A stretch of DNA of 48,034 nt from Trypethelium eluteriae. Lineage: Eukaryota. The notes beneath the pieces are model-generated. The model had not been told where the DNA came from. It searched no databases and worked only from the letters and a program-made list of their open reading frames with translations. The stretch covers positions 1 through 48,034 of the forward strand of contig JAVECL010000126.1 of NCBI GenBank assembly GCA_051942245.1. The letters run 5' to 3'. A program made the translations under genes and the position numbers. Positions 1-12,316 of this stretch are shown here, piece by piece (within the stretch, counting starts at the first letter, position 1; every line of letters begins with the position of its first letter).

Positions 1-2705
1 ACCACGAACCGCACAAAATCCCGACTCAGCCAGTAGCTGCTGTGCGCGCCCAACATGGTGAGATACTGGATCTCGAGCGGGCCGCCACCGTAGCGAAGAT
101 AGTAGTCGATCTGGCCGTGGTCATTGAGCAGGAAGGCGCGCTTCTCAGCCAGCTCCTCGCGCGTGAAGTTGTGCGTCTCGAGTTCGACGCTCGAGGGGAG
201 CCGCACCGGCTGCGTCGACGACGACGACGAGATCCGAGCTGCGGCAGCGGCTTTGGATGCGGGGACGGCCGAGGAGGAGGAGGACCCGAAAAGGCGGAAG
301 ATGCCCCAGCTGGTGTTCGCGCTGGGGATCCAGGCGGGGCGCAGCGCGGCGGCGTAGTCGGCGTCGACGGCGGCGTTGATGTGGTAGGCTACAGGGTCGT
401 AAGGATTGACAATGTTGAAGATGTTGTCGACTGCAACGCAGCCGTAGTCGCCTCGTTCGCCGGCGATATTGGGCGAGGAGGTAGTCGTTGGGTCGGATCC
501 AGGCTTTTCGCGGCCACGCCGAGGACGCAAGGAGGCTTTCTTGAGGAGGAGGAAGAAGCCAGCAGGGCTGCCACAAAGGAAGAGAGTCTTTGTGTCAAAT
601 AGAAAGTGGTTGAGCGGTGCGGTAGGCTCAGTGCTGTGAATTAAAAAGGCGTCGGCGTAAGTGGGCTGATTACTGAGTATGTCAACCGCCATGACACTGC
701 CAAGGGAGTGTGCTATCAGATGGACGCGGCCATAATGCTCGAAGCCAGGATTGTTTTTACACCATAGGCGATATATCCTGTTGGCTTCCTGGATGACGGC
801 TGCTATCATTTTGGGCTGGTGGTGTGAGAGATAGTATGGGATATCTAGCATGACATCACTTACGATCCCACGCACCGAAGGGAGAGTATTAGGAGTGATG
901 TCTTTGAGACTGAAGCGATTGGCTGCAGCATCTTCAGTATCATCACGATAGCCGCCTTCCTCAAATGAGAGCTTGTTTCGCCAGTTGACAGGTAAAAGCA
1001 TCAGACCTCCCATGTCCTTGCGAAGGTGGGACTTGACCGCAGGGGTGCCCAGCTCGACGTTAAATTCGCGACGCAATGCGTTCATAGCATAGGTAAAGTG
1101 GTAGCTTTCAACTCGCTCCGAGAGCTTTTGACCGATGCCATGAATGACTAGAACAAGGTCGGTGACCTTAGGACCGTTCGACCGGGCGATTGTGGGATCG
1201 GACCGCTGACGGCGCTTGAGTGGCGCTCCAGATTGCGAGGTTGAGACGCCTTCTTCTGCTTTGGCTGTCGTGGAATCGTTCTTTGGTGGATTTAATTTAT
1301 CCCATGTCCTCTGGTCAAAGCCTCTGACAACATGCACACCTATCTTATGGCCCTTTCGGATGTAATTTGCTAAAGGCCTCCGGCCATAATAACTTGATGG
1401 CTGCAATTTCGGATTGAGAATGTGGGCTTCTTCTGCGTTTGAGTATACGATGCCAGCAGATGCATACGTCCTTTTCTGGCCATCTCTGCCGTAAGAAGAT
1501 TTTCCTGCCGCTTTGTTGTCTTGTCCGTTGGGTCCGGTAGAGATGTCAACTAAGTTCTCTGCTTCTTCAAGTGACCTTTCACGTTGTTTCTCGGGCGAAT
1601 CCAGATCGTCGAGCATAGAGGCAGAACGATTTCTTCCTGACGTCCTCATAGGCGTGCTAGGTCTACTGTTCTGTTTCTTTCTGGTGTAATCTGGCCACAA
1701 TCGATGCATAATTTTCATCTCTCCTAAGGCGCCAACAGCGACAGCGCTATCGAGTTCGTCGTTCCAAGTTTCAGTCCAAGGTTTGAGTGCCACGTAGCCT
1801 GCCTCTAACATGTTTGCCACATTGACTTCTACTGGAAGCATAGTCTCTTTGTAGAACCAAGTTCCGCGAATTACGTCAGATACATCTGCCAATGGTGGCC
1901 AATATATGGGCTCCATTCGTAGATGGGGCATTAGAACTTCATGTAGACGGGAAACTCCGACGGGGATCTTGGCCGAGAGACCCGCTGCCTCTGCGTCTTC
2001 CACTCGACGCGCAGCTGAGAGGTCCCCAACGGATGAGCCGCGCGTCTCGTCCGTTGAGTCGTCCCAATTATAGCTGTCATTGCCAAGAACTGGAGGCCGT
2101 GATGCTGCTGTGGTCCGAAATGTATCCGAGATATTCGTCCGTGAGGGCGCACGGATGAAAGGAGTACCCGTCACAGTAGATGTGTCAATGTTCACTGCTG
2201 CCTCTGATGTATCTAGCCTACCGATTGGTCCTTCTCCCTCCTCCGCATTACCCGTCTCTTGAATATGATGCGTTCTACTCTGCTCTTTGAGGCTTCGACC
2301 TCCATCCGAGTCCCATTCAAATCCTCTATTAGCGTTCCGACTCGACTCGACGGGGTTTCGCTGAGTGACTGCGCTCGAATCTCTAGGATATTCGTCCTCC
2401 TCATAAATGGGCTTTTCTCCCTTCTCCTCATGGTATCTTAGGATGTTCCTCCTGAGCTCATTCCAAGCTTTGTCCAGTGCTGTATTATCGTACGCAGAGA
2501 AAGGTCGCGGGGCATTCCTGTAGCCCCCTGCTGCGGGCGGAGGGAGCGGGGAGAGTGGATCATCGATAGCGAGAGGGGAGGCATAGAAGAAACGTGCACT
2601 AATTGGTGGAGGTGGTTCAGGGTGATGGACGACTTCGCGGATGTATTGATTCGTGTGTCGGAAGGCAGGCGTTCGACTAGGCTCTCGACCTGTGTGGGTG
2701 GTCAT
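1..2705 (-). CDS. DDHD-domain intracellular phospholipase A1 (yeast Ddl1/YOR022C-like); 3' end lies beyond the window
   Basis: ATG at 2705 (MTTHTGREPS...RFFYASPLAIDDPLSPLP). The reading continues through LVLVIHGIGQKL, LPVNWR, SDVMLDIPYY, the lipase motif LIAHSLG (~699-719, same frame as the ATG), FLCGSPAGFFLLL and NIVNPYDPVAY. It is probably absent from the ORF track because it runs off the edge without a stop. Confidence 0.88.
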   Translation of the reverse strand, partial: MTTHTGREPSRTPAFRHTNQYIREVVHHPEPPPPISARFFYASPLAIDDPLSPLPPPAAGGYRNAPRPFSAYDNTALDKAWNELRRNILRYHEEKGEKPIYEEDEYPRDSSAVTQRNPVESSRNANRGFEWDSDGGRSLKEQSRTHHIQETGNAEEGEGPIGRLDTSEAAVNIDTSTVTGTPFIRAPSRTNISDTFRTTAASRPPVLGNDSYNWDDSTDETRGSSVGDLSAARRVEDAEAAGLSAKIPVGVSRLHEVLMPHLRMEPIYWPPLADVSDVIRGTWFYKETMLPVEVNVANMLEAGYVALKPWTETWNDELDSAVAVGALGEMKIMHRLWPDYTRKKQNSRPSTPMRTSGRNRSASMLDDLDSPEKQRERSLEEAENLVDISTGPNGQDNKAAGKSSYGRDGQKRTYASAGIVYSNAEEAHILNPKLQPSSYYGRRPLANYIRKGHKIGVHVVRGFDQRTWDKLNPPKNDSTTAKAEEGVSTSQSGAPLKRRQRSDPTIARSNGPKVTDLVLVIHGIGQKLSERVESYHFTYAMNALRREFNVELGTPAVKSHLRKDMGGLMLLPVNWRNKLSFEEGGYRDDTEDAAANRFSLKDITPNTLPSVRGIVSDVMLDIPYYLSHHQPKMIAAVIQEANRIYRLWCKNNPGFEHYGRVHLIAHSLGSVMAVDILSNQPTYADAFLIHSTEPTAPLNHFLFDTKTLFLCGSPAGFFLLLKKASLRPRRGREKPGSDPTTTSSPNIAGERGDYGCVAVDNIFNIVNPYDPVAYHINAAVDADYAAALRPAWIPSANTSWGIFRLFGSSSSSAVPASKAAAAARISSSSSTQPVRLPSSVELETHNFTREELAEKRAFLLNDHGQIDYYLRYGGGPLEIQYLTMLGAHSSYWLSRDFVRFV

Positions 2706-3372
2706 CTCACAATACCCTTTTCAAGGGACTCGGTCCAGTTTTCTATGATCGAGACAGTAGGACATAGTTGACGTTGAAAAGGAACATTCCTGGGCTTGGT
2801 GGGCAACAGGTGTTAAAGAGATGGACTATCCGCCAGTGTTGCAACTGAGCGGGTTGTGGTTGAGGGGAGTGAGCTTCAGTGCAAGCGGGCCTGACATGTC
2901 ACGCAGAGATCCACCGCATCTCTGACTAAGAGCACAGGCACGATGAGGATATGTGGCCATGACTATCTGATGTTGAGAGTTGAAGCCTAGGTAAGGAAGT
3001 CACGAGTGACACTTGCTCTTGTCCCTCGTGGCACCCTGGGCACGCCGCTCTGCGTAAGATCGTAGCGCTTTCTATGCACGCTGACGTGTGCCCAGCGAGG
3101 ATTAATCAGATAATCAGATCAAGCTCTGAGTACGGAGCATGAATCTATCATTTTCATCGCATGTACCTACAATCATCTCAATTGATGTTTTGTTTGTGAG
3201 TACAGTGGACGGTCCTTCCTTCGCTGCTCCCATCCACACCCATTATCGTATCGAAATTCCGCGACTGATATCATCACTGTCTTTACCCCTTCACCCAATG
3301 GACCAGACAACAATTGTGCTTTGATGTTACATCGTCAGTGCAGAAAAGACCTGGTAAGGTGACGCTGCGAAA

Positions 3373-5627
3373 ATGCCCGATGGTATGGACGTAGACGAGC
3401 AGCCAAGAGGCGTCAAAAGGAAAGCCGACGAGACGCGAACACTATCGGAAGCTCCTCGACGGATCAGAGCTCTCGAACAAGATGTTGTCAACAAAATCGC
3501 AGCTGGCGAGATCATTGTTGCGCCTGTCCACGCTCTCAAAGAACTCATTGAAAATGCCGTCGATGCCGGATCAACATCCCTGGAAATTCTGGTAAAGGAC
3601 GGGGGCCTGAAGTTGCTGCAGATCACAGACAATGGTCATGGCATTAATCGTGACGATTTACCAATTCTCTGTGAGCGCTTCACTACATCGAAGCTGAAGG
3701 CATTCGAGGATTTGACTTCGATCGGCACGTATGGCTTCAGAGGCGAGGCTTTGGCGAGCATCAGTCATATCGCACATTTGACCGTCACAACCAAGACCCA
3801 AGAGTCAAGTTGCGCATGGAGGGCACAGTTTTCTGACGGAACACTTGTCCCACCTAAACCTGGCCAGAGCGCAGAACCAAAGGCCGTTGCCGGACGCCCC
3901 GGAACACAGATCACTGTACGCTTACTACAGACGCCCAACGACCCCTTTACTAATGTCTCATCTAGGTAGAGGACTTGTTCTACAATGTGCCCACACGAAG
4001 ACGTGCCTTCCGCTCTGCAAGTGAAGAGTACGCTAAGATTGTCGATTTGGTCGGCCGATATGCCGTGCATTGTTCGAATGTTGCATTTTCCTGCAAGAAG
4101 CATGGCGAATCGGCGGCGGGAGTCTCCGTGCCTAGCAATGCATCTACAATCGACAGAATACGCATCGTGCATACTTCACAGGTCGCGAATGAGCTTTTGC
4201 GTTTGGAGATTGCAAACGAACGCTGGGGTTTCAAAGCCGAGGGTTGGGTCAGTAACGCCAATTATAGCATAAAACGGACGACTCTCTTATTGTTTATCAA
4301 CCATCGGGCTGTTGAGTCCTCAAACATCAAAAAGGCCGTTGAGCAGACATACTCCAACTTTTTACCTAAGGGAGGTCACCCATTCATATACATCAGCCTT
4401 GAGATTGACCCTCAACGCGTCGATGTCAATGTACACCCTACCAAACGTGAAGTCAACTTCCTCAATGAGGATGAGATTCTGGAAGATATTTGTAACGAGA
4501 TCAGGTCTAATCTTGGAAAAGTCGACACGAGCCGTACATTCATGACTCAAAGCATTTTACCTGCTGTCAAAGCTCCTACCGCAGCTATATCGACACCCCA
4601 ACCCAAGGGAGGTACAAAAGCATCTGACCAGGGATCTCGTGAGAATACTACCACGCGGAAATCTTCGGTACAAAAACTTACGACCCAACGACCTTACGAG
4701 AACAATCTGGTCAGGACTGATGCGAAAGTCAGAAAGATTACGTCAATGCTACCTGCCGACCAAAGGTCTACCAGTCCAACCAAGGGCGGAGACGAAGAAC
4801 CTCCGGAAGATATGCAATACGAATACTCTGACAAAGAGCCGATCATATGCCGTCTTACTACGGTGAAACAACTGCGGGCTGAGGTTCGTGACAACATGCA
4901 TAACGAGCTGACAGATGTCTTCTCTGGTCATACTTTCGTTGGTATTGTTGACTCGAGCCGAAGAATAGTTGCAATCCAGGGTGGAGTTAGACTCTTTCTC
5001 GTCGACTACGGCATGGTCAGCAATGAGTACTTTTACCAGGTTGGTCTTACGGACTTTGGAAACTTTGGGTGCATTCGTTTCAACCCTGTCCTTGATCTCG
5101 AGGAGCTTCTGCGGATGGCGGCAAGTCAAGAGCAGGAACGTGCTCGAAATGCAGATGATCTCGACTGGAGTGAGGTCATCCAGACCGTCAAAGACCAGCT
5201 CATTAGCCGGCGTGAAATGCTGGCGGAATACTTCTCATTTGAGGTCTCGGAGCGAGGTGAACTGCTTGGTATACCTCTGCTGGTCAAAAGTTACATGCCG
5301 TGCATGGCCAAGCTTCCAGGGTTCCTGCTCAGACTTGGACCATACGTCGATTGGACAGATGAGAAAGGTTGCTTTCATTCGTTCCTACGCGAGCTAGCCA
5401 GCTTCTATGTGCCGGAAGTCCTACCTTCTTTACCTTCATCGGTCGATGGACAAGGAACTGTCGAGGACCCAGAAATTGCTTCCAGAAAGAAACATATTGA
5501 CAGGACAATCGAGAATATTTTGTTTCCTGCATTTAAGTCCCGCCTCGTTGCTACTAGAGGCTTGCTGAAGGGTGTTGTCGAAGTTGCAAATCTGAAGGGG
5601 CTCTACCGAGTTTTTGAACGCTGTTAA
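3373..5627 (+). CDS. MLH1: DNA mismatch repair protein Mlh1 (MutL homolog); exons 3373-3915 and 3966-5627, ~734 aa
   Basis: Motifs [34 protein letters not shown] and the Mlh1-specific C-terminal FERC. A 50-nt intron 3916-3965 (GTACGC..TACTAAT..TAG) joins GTQIT to VEDLFYN in frame. Confidence 0.97.
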
Positions 5628-7252
5628 GAATGTGCGAGGTTATAGCTTTGCTTGCTCTACAGGAGCTGATGCCACCCCACGCTCTAAGAAACTCCGAGCA
5701 GAGATGGCAACCCCAAATGACACTACGACTCTCATGCCTCCAAGGCTCTTGCAGCCCTCTCCGGCTCCACGAAGCTGTAGCATGGAAATCAGGCTGATCT
5801 AGCAAGGTACGGTGGGAGCAGGCGCAAAGCAGCTACAAGCCTCACAGCTTTGATCCAGATCATCGGCAAGCAAGGCTTGTCGTCTACACCATCTAAGGAC
5901 TTGGCCAGGGAAGACGCAACACTGAACCTTCCTGGGTGAGTGCATATCGTCACTGCCGACAATCCACCGCCAGCGTCGGCCATTCTCCCTCTGCAGAAGC
6001 TTGAAACGGCTACAACAGCTTCTAGCAGCAGATCGGTCCCAATGGTTTGTCCGTCTCAAGAGAATTACAAGCATTCCATGGCTGGTAATCAGAGATGGAT
6101 ATTGCTTCTAGTCAGGGTCAGGACAAAGACAAGAGTGTCAGCCCTGGTCTTCAATGGACTGATGGCAAGTGTACGGTACTACTGTTGAGATCCAATCAAT
6201 GTCATTTGCGGCAGAGTTGCTCGCCAATTTGCAAATGCCATTGGCTGTCCATTGTCTGCACGTCAATATTGAACGGCACCGAAAGTAGAAAACCACGCTC
6301 TTGAAGGTCTCGTTTGCCTTGGAGATCCTCAATCCAGCCCACATGGCGCCTTGCAGCGAATAGCGAATGTAACAGTTGCAAGCCCCCCACCAAATCCACA
6401 GCATCCGTGTCGGGCGCGTAGCCGCAACCTACGAACCCTAAGTGAGGCTTGAGGCTGTAGGTCCAACAAAGCGTGGCTACGATGTGACGCGGTGATCGAC
6501 GACTCATAGGAATTCCTCAAGCAGCCTTTAGTCTACATAGATGAACTTCAAGCTCTTACCAACAGTTTCATTGTCCTCAGGTTAGATACTTACCTCTCAT
6601 GCCCAGCTATGGCGATCCTCAGCATCTGCATCCCGTACGAGATTGGACTTTCTGCCATCACTTCATGAACCATTGATGATATTACCTCCCTAGGTATATG
6701 TACATTTGGAGGGTAATGCTGACATGCAAGGCGTTTGCAGGTTGTTTCTTAGCTCCCACACCTGCGCATAATAGCTCACCCGCATCTCCAGCACGACCTA
6801 TCCTATTGATTCTCCTCCATCCATCATGTAATTGCCTCGTCGTCCACTGCATCCGATGCAATGCACCACGCAGCCTCCACTCTTGCGGTCGGGTTAGACC
6901 TCCGGTGCCTTCCAGTTGAGCTGAATAGAGATTAATTCTCCGACGACCGTTTCTAGAAGCCTACTCACCCAGGAATGGAAAAGCCCAGTGCCTCTTCGGC
7001 ATAGTGTTCACCATAGTTTGGCACTTCCAGCCATATACATGTAATGTGAGGTCTAACAACAGGCCTGGCAGAGCCCGGCTGAAAGACATCGAGATTTCAC
7101 ATTGCGCTTCAACCGTTTGTCCGAAATTTTGCATTTTCCTACTTTACTTTCAATAATGCTTTCTATTCTCAATTAATCTTTATCGCTATTGATATGGCTT
7201 CGCTCTGAACTCGATGTGCGAGTTGATCTATGTTCAGGCCTAGAGGGCCATT

Positions 7253-10200
7253 ATGGAGCTGCTGCGGCGCCCACTCCTTTCATGCCTGATACATTCTCAG
7301 ATAGCGATTGGTATGACGAGACGCTCGATAAGATTCAACCTTTACAACTTGTGCTGACATCAAGTAGTTGCGGGTTCACAAAGCATGTTTACGTCTGTTT
7401 CCTCGAGTTTGCAAGCAAACCTTCCAGTAGTCATCCAACCCTCTTCGAGTTCTGGCCTAGGGCCCTACATAATGCAAGGCATGGGTGCAACCATATCTCC
7501 GTCGAAGGGATCTCTAGCATCGACTGCTGTAGCCATAGAATCAACCGCATCTGACGCTGTAACGGTGTATTCCTCTTCGACCTCAAGTACAGCGAACTCC
7601 AATGCGGGTGGCTCTGTCGCATCTTCGATACCCGCGAATAATCCAACATCAAGCACAGCAATAGTTACGGCTACCTCTTTGGTCGTCGCAGAGGCCTCAA
7701 CACTCGTCGATGCGACTTCGACACTTTGCGATGGCGGATCAATTTCTGGGATGCAGGACCACAGTCAATACTGCACGGCCGCCGTGACCTCCAGCTTCCA
7801 ATCTACAGCAGAGAGCTCACATCTATCAACTTTTCCATCTACTCCAGACGCATCAAAGCCGCCGATACAGCCAGTATCCACAGTTTCTCCTATGTCCACC
7901 TCTTTGTATCAAAATCCCTCCCACGGAAATGCGGGCCCAAGTCTGGTGCCTGGCAGCAATGATCCGGACAAGGGCACTACCGGTGACAACAGTGCATCAA
8001 CTATTATGAGCGCTCCAGGCAAGGATCCTGAAAGCCATGCTGCTTCCATTACTCGAGGCCAAAGTGAAGCATCTACGAGGAGTGCTCTACTAAGCTCAGC
8101 TTCAGGAAAGACTGCTGGAGGTGGTGCCGTTTCCACGACTACGCACGAAGGAGCAGGGGGAGGGTTGAGCCCAGTCTCTCCGACTCGCTCAGAAGTAATT
8201 TTACCGAACCCGACCAGTGGAGTTGGCATTTCCTCTAGTACTGGGTCCACGGGAGTCCAAGCGTTCAGTGCGAGTCCTCCACCAGACCCAGGCAGACATT
8301 CGCCAAATCCAGCTTCTCAAGATCTCATCGTTTCTGTTAGCGCAGGAGGGAAAACAGCGCCCTTTTCTCAAAGTCTTTCGGCAGACCAAGCAACTACGTC
8401 ATCGGAGACAGAAGCCTCACCGCCAGTTACCAGCATTGGAGGTGGTGTTGCTTTCACTAACACGGCGATGGTAGCTGGGGGACCCGTTCAAAATCTCCCA
8501 CAAAGCTCTTCAACAGCTCCGCCGAATATTGGCATTGGAGGTATCTCCACCCAGAGCCTCGCACCCGGACCAGGAGCTTCTTCAAATGCGGATGCTGGAG
8601 GGGCTACGGTTCGACCGAGCGTGGATCCTAATATTGGCCATGGTAGCTCTTCTGGTGTCCCTGCTGTTGTCAAGGGCGGACCTGCTGACAATCGTCCTTC
8701 CACTGGAAGCGTTATTAACCCGGTTCATTCGTCATCTCCGCTCGGAATTACTGGTCCTGCATTTGCCCATGATATTACCAGCGGTCAGAACGCTGCGTTT
8801 GAAAGTCATACGTCATGGAGCGAAGGTTCAGAGTCAGGCGCAGCAGAGTCTGGATACACTGCGGGTCAGACAGAGACAGGCGAAGCTTTTAAGACTACCT
8901 CTTCTAACCAACAGGCAATGTCAAATGCTTTTCTTGGCTCTGGCGATGTCATTTTAACCAGCCAGACACATACACCGGGAGTTCAAGCCACCAATTTGGG
9001 TTTCCCAAGCTCTATTAGTAGCTACGAGTCTTATGTAATCGGTGATCCGGCTGGGGTTGCTTCTTCCAGCAGCACAGACTTTGGTACTAGCGTAGTAGAC
9101 TTCGTTGCAGCAGGCCAGACATCCGCGACTCAACTTCGATCAACCGTTCCGGGCACAGGAAATATAGTTTCTGTAGGATATTCATTTACTTACCCGAATG
9201 GACAAGCTACGAACGCTGGTCCAAATGCCGGAATTTCCAGCAGTACGAGTCCGGGACCTACTGACTTAGGCTACGATGTCGCAGGAAGTGGTCCCACGGC
9301 AGCTACGACGACGAAGACTGGCACCTATACTATGAAATCTGTAAGTCAACCTCAAGAGCAATTCAAATCCCACACTAGCGCTTCCACCACCGCTGGACCC
9401 AGCAGCTCCGTCCCTAGCGGAAGCAATCTTGACACCGGCAGCTCACCGATCCTTTTGGGCTCAATAGCTGCGATCCTTTCTGCCAGTAGTCAGCAGGTTA
9501 CGACATTCAGCGACTCAGATGACAGCGTCGTCATTGGCTCCACAACTTTATCTTCCGGGGAACTCATAACTCTGTCTGGTTCCAGCAACAGCTTCGCTTC
9601 CTCTGAAATAATAGTCCAAAGTAGCACCATAGTCTTCTCAACCTCCGTCAACTCGAACCTCGCGGCCCCGCCCGCGCAAGTCGAAGCTATCTTCACCATT
9701 AATGGCCACACCCACACGGCCTCTGAAGTCGCAGACAAGTCTGACCTCGTCGTTATCGACGGCACAACCCTCTCACCCGGTGGTCGAGCCCTCACTATTG
9801 ACGGTGACATTCTCATCCTTGCCCCGGCAGGCCTCGAGGTCGAATCCGCTACGAACTCGCGCGTCTTGATTCCACTCACCAGTGCCGCCTTCATGCCTGC
9901 TTCTACTCTCAGCTCCACCAACATCGAAGTCACCTCCCACGCCGCGCCCTTTCCCACCACTTCCGCTCCCGAACCTGAGGCCGTCTTCACCGTCGATGGC
10001 CACGTCTACATCGCGTATGCAATCTCCGGTCAGCCCAGCGAAGTCATCATTAATGGAACGACTCTCTCAATGGGGGGTGCGCCGCTTACGTTAGATGGCG
10101 AGCAGGTGAGTCTCGACGCCAACGGAGGCCTGGACTTTGCGTCTGTGGCCGGGAGTGGAAGGCCAATTGCGTTTTCGACGGTGGTGTTTACGATGGCGGA

Positions 10201-10393
10201 GACGACGGCTATGGGGCCAGCGGAGGTGACTGCAGGGCCAGAGTTGTCGAGCAGTGATGCGTCAGGAGCTGTGGGTGGAGCGGGATCCGCTACTACGGCG
10301 AGTAGCACGACTAAGTCTAGGGGCGGAAAGGTCAAGCTAGCAGTGCTATTGAGTACTGGGTGCGCGTTGGGGATAGTGATAATGCTGTGCTAG
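7253..10393 (+). CDS. Ser/Thr/Gly-rich mucin-like secreted protein, probably GPI-anchored to the cell wall; exons 7253-7310 and 7368-10393
   Basis: 1002-aa S/T-rich ORF. The intron 7311-7367 (GTATGA..GCTGAC..TAG) adds the signal-peptide-like MELLRRPLLSCLIHSQIAIVAG in frame. Two repeats EA(I/V)FT(I/V)(N/D)GH...I(D/N)GTTLS.GG..LT.DG, then small residues and a hydrophobic tail (KSRGGKVKLAVLLSTGCALGIVIMLC). Confidence 0.8.
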
Positions 10394-10470
10394 CTGGGAA
10401 TGAAGGGCTTTGATTCTTCTGTATGAGAGTCACGCTACTTCACAAAAAGTATTACAGTACGAGGACAAAA

Positions 10471-10770
10471 GTATCCGGGCACCCCCCAGCAATTTTCCCA
10501 TGCCAGCGAGCAGACACCTTTTTTTCGTATGACTGTATTATCTGATATTGGTATCCGGGCAACCCCCAGCAATTTTTCCCGCGCCAGCGAGCAGACACTT
10601 CTTTCGCATGACTGTATTGTGTGATATCAGAGTCCGGGCAACCCCCCAGCAATTTTCCCGTGCCAGCCAGCGGACATTTCCTTCGCAAGACTGTATTGTC
10701 TGATATCAGTGTCCGGGCACCCCCCAGCACTTTTTCCGCGCCAGCGAGCAGACACCTTTTTCGCATGACG
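10471..10770. repeat. Tandem repeat (minisatellite), ~80-bp unit, about 3.7 diverged copies
   Basis: Units start near 10471, 10551, 10631 and 10710. Each approximates TCCGGGCA(A/C)CCCCCAGCAATTTT..GCCAGCGAGCAGACAC..TTCGCATGACTGTATT.T.TGATAT. Confidence 0.92.
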
Positions 10771-10786
10771 GTAACATCCCGGAGAT

Positions 10787-12069
10787 TCATGCACCCCCTG
10801 ATTCCTCAAGACGCCTAAGAACGTCGATTGGTATGGTGACAGCACCATTCATATTCGAATCGGGGCCTTCGAAGATCCCGCTCTGGACTGTAGGATTGTG
10901 AGATACAAAAGCAGCGTATTCAAGATGACAAAACCTACAGAGAGCGACCAGTCGAACTTGTCCTCGGGCATCTTGTGTGTACATCCCTGCGCCAGAAATT
11001 CCGTACCAACCCGTCACGGTATGGCGGACTTGCCGCTGACCCGCCGTTTGTAACCATTTACCAACACCGATTGTTCGAGCCCCTGCTGCAAGTACACGCG
11101 GATCTGGAGGTTCCACTCCTTGAAGATTCTTGCTGACGTTATACGCGCTTGCATACCAGCAGTTGGTGCATGTACAATCGTGGACCCTGGTATTCAGATG
11201 TTTGTTGTCCGCTGGAGCAGGGCTCGCGTTAAAGCCGAATGAAATGGCAGTACCAGAAAGGGAAGTTGCTGCTGTGGAGATAAGTGCTGTGGGGATAGAT
11301 TGAATGGGGCTTCGATGGTTTCCATCTCCGCATGGTGTGAAGATTGCGAAATCATTTTCCCCAATCGGGTCGTTGAGATCGTGGAACAGTTCACATTTCA
11401 CCTGTGGATTGGGTATCCCATTTCCGAGGAGGGTTGTATACACTTCAGCAGTGGTATTCGCAGCAGTAGCAGGGACCCTGGCATCCTTCTTAAAGTGCGA
11501 AACAGTCAGGATGACGTCGCGAGTCAGGCCCCGAATCCAGACACCAGAAAGCTCAGTTTGAAGGTCTGAACTAAGCACAACAAGCCGACACGACGACAGG
11601 CTGTAAGGTTTCAGACGAGTCATTGCCTAAGTCGAGTTAGCACGCTTCGGGTTGCAAGAAATCGATAAGATTGATGCAAGCATCTCGAGCTTTCGAAAAA
11701 GCATTGGTTTGGATTTGAGGAGGCCCTCAGCAAATATGGCACCAAAAGGTAGTTAGCTGCTGATGGAAGGGGATCAGAACTTGCCTGCTGGAGTGACTCT
11801 CCATTGCTCGTGACTGTCTCCAGCTCTGGGTGATAGGCCAGAGGTTCTCCGCCGGTCCCGAGTGGGTGGCATTGTGACCAACGCTGCACGTTCGCACCTT
11901 TATTCATACAAGGGCCGCCGAAGACAGAAGCTGAAGGCATGACTTGCGGAATAGAGAGCGGTCGGTCTGGCAGAAAATTTGGGAAACCACGGTGTACGGA
12001 AGATGTCTGGTTGGATTGACGGTCCTTGTCTAGGGAGACGGATTGGGAGTCTTGAGGAGAGGAAGGCAT
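10787..12069 (-). CDS. Putative trypsin-like (PA clan) serine protease without a signal peptide; proposed exons 12069-11785, 11626-10939 and 10887-10787
   Basis: Triad-like motifs in order: ILTVSHF (His), NDFAIF (Asp) and GWYGISGAGMY...VRLVAL (Ser, GxSG). An in-frame 51-nt GTAGGT..CAG intron lies at 10888-10938. A GC-AG intron 11627-11784 (CAG|GCAAGT...GCTAAC TCGACTTAG|) links the upstream ORF in phase 0. Confidence 0.6.
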
Positions 12070-12316
12070 CTTCAGAGCTATGCTTGGTATTTGTAGCTGA
12101 AGTGCTTGGTTTGCTATGAGCTCCAGATACTTTGATGTAAACAGACGACAGGCGGAATATGCAACTAAGTAACAAAGCGCTTTGTTGCAGGCTGAACTTG
12201 CAATGCTGAGATGTAGTCTGTCTAGTTGTAGTGCATCAGAATCAAGGAAGGAAATTTCGACTTTCCTTATAACCTCCGGAAGGTGTGAGGCCTGTCTCCA
12301 TTGCGTCTGAAGAATG

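Noticed and set aside
42..602. 186-aa plus-strand ORF and overlapping small ORFs
   Set aside because: These are antisense or off-frame shadows of the GC-rich DDHD phospholipase coding sequence.
5628..7250. Possible spliced gene between MLH1 and the GPI protein (intron-like signals near 5936 and 6694)
   Set aside because: I could not assemble a continuous reading frame or recognise any motif.
10471..10770. CRISPR array
   Set aside because: The whole unit repeats with no unique spacers, there are no cas genes, and the context is eukaryotic.
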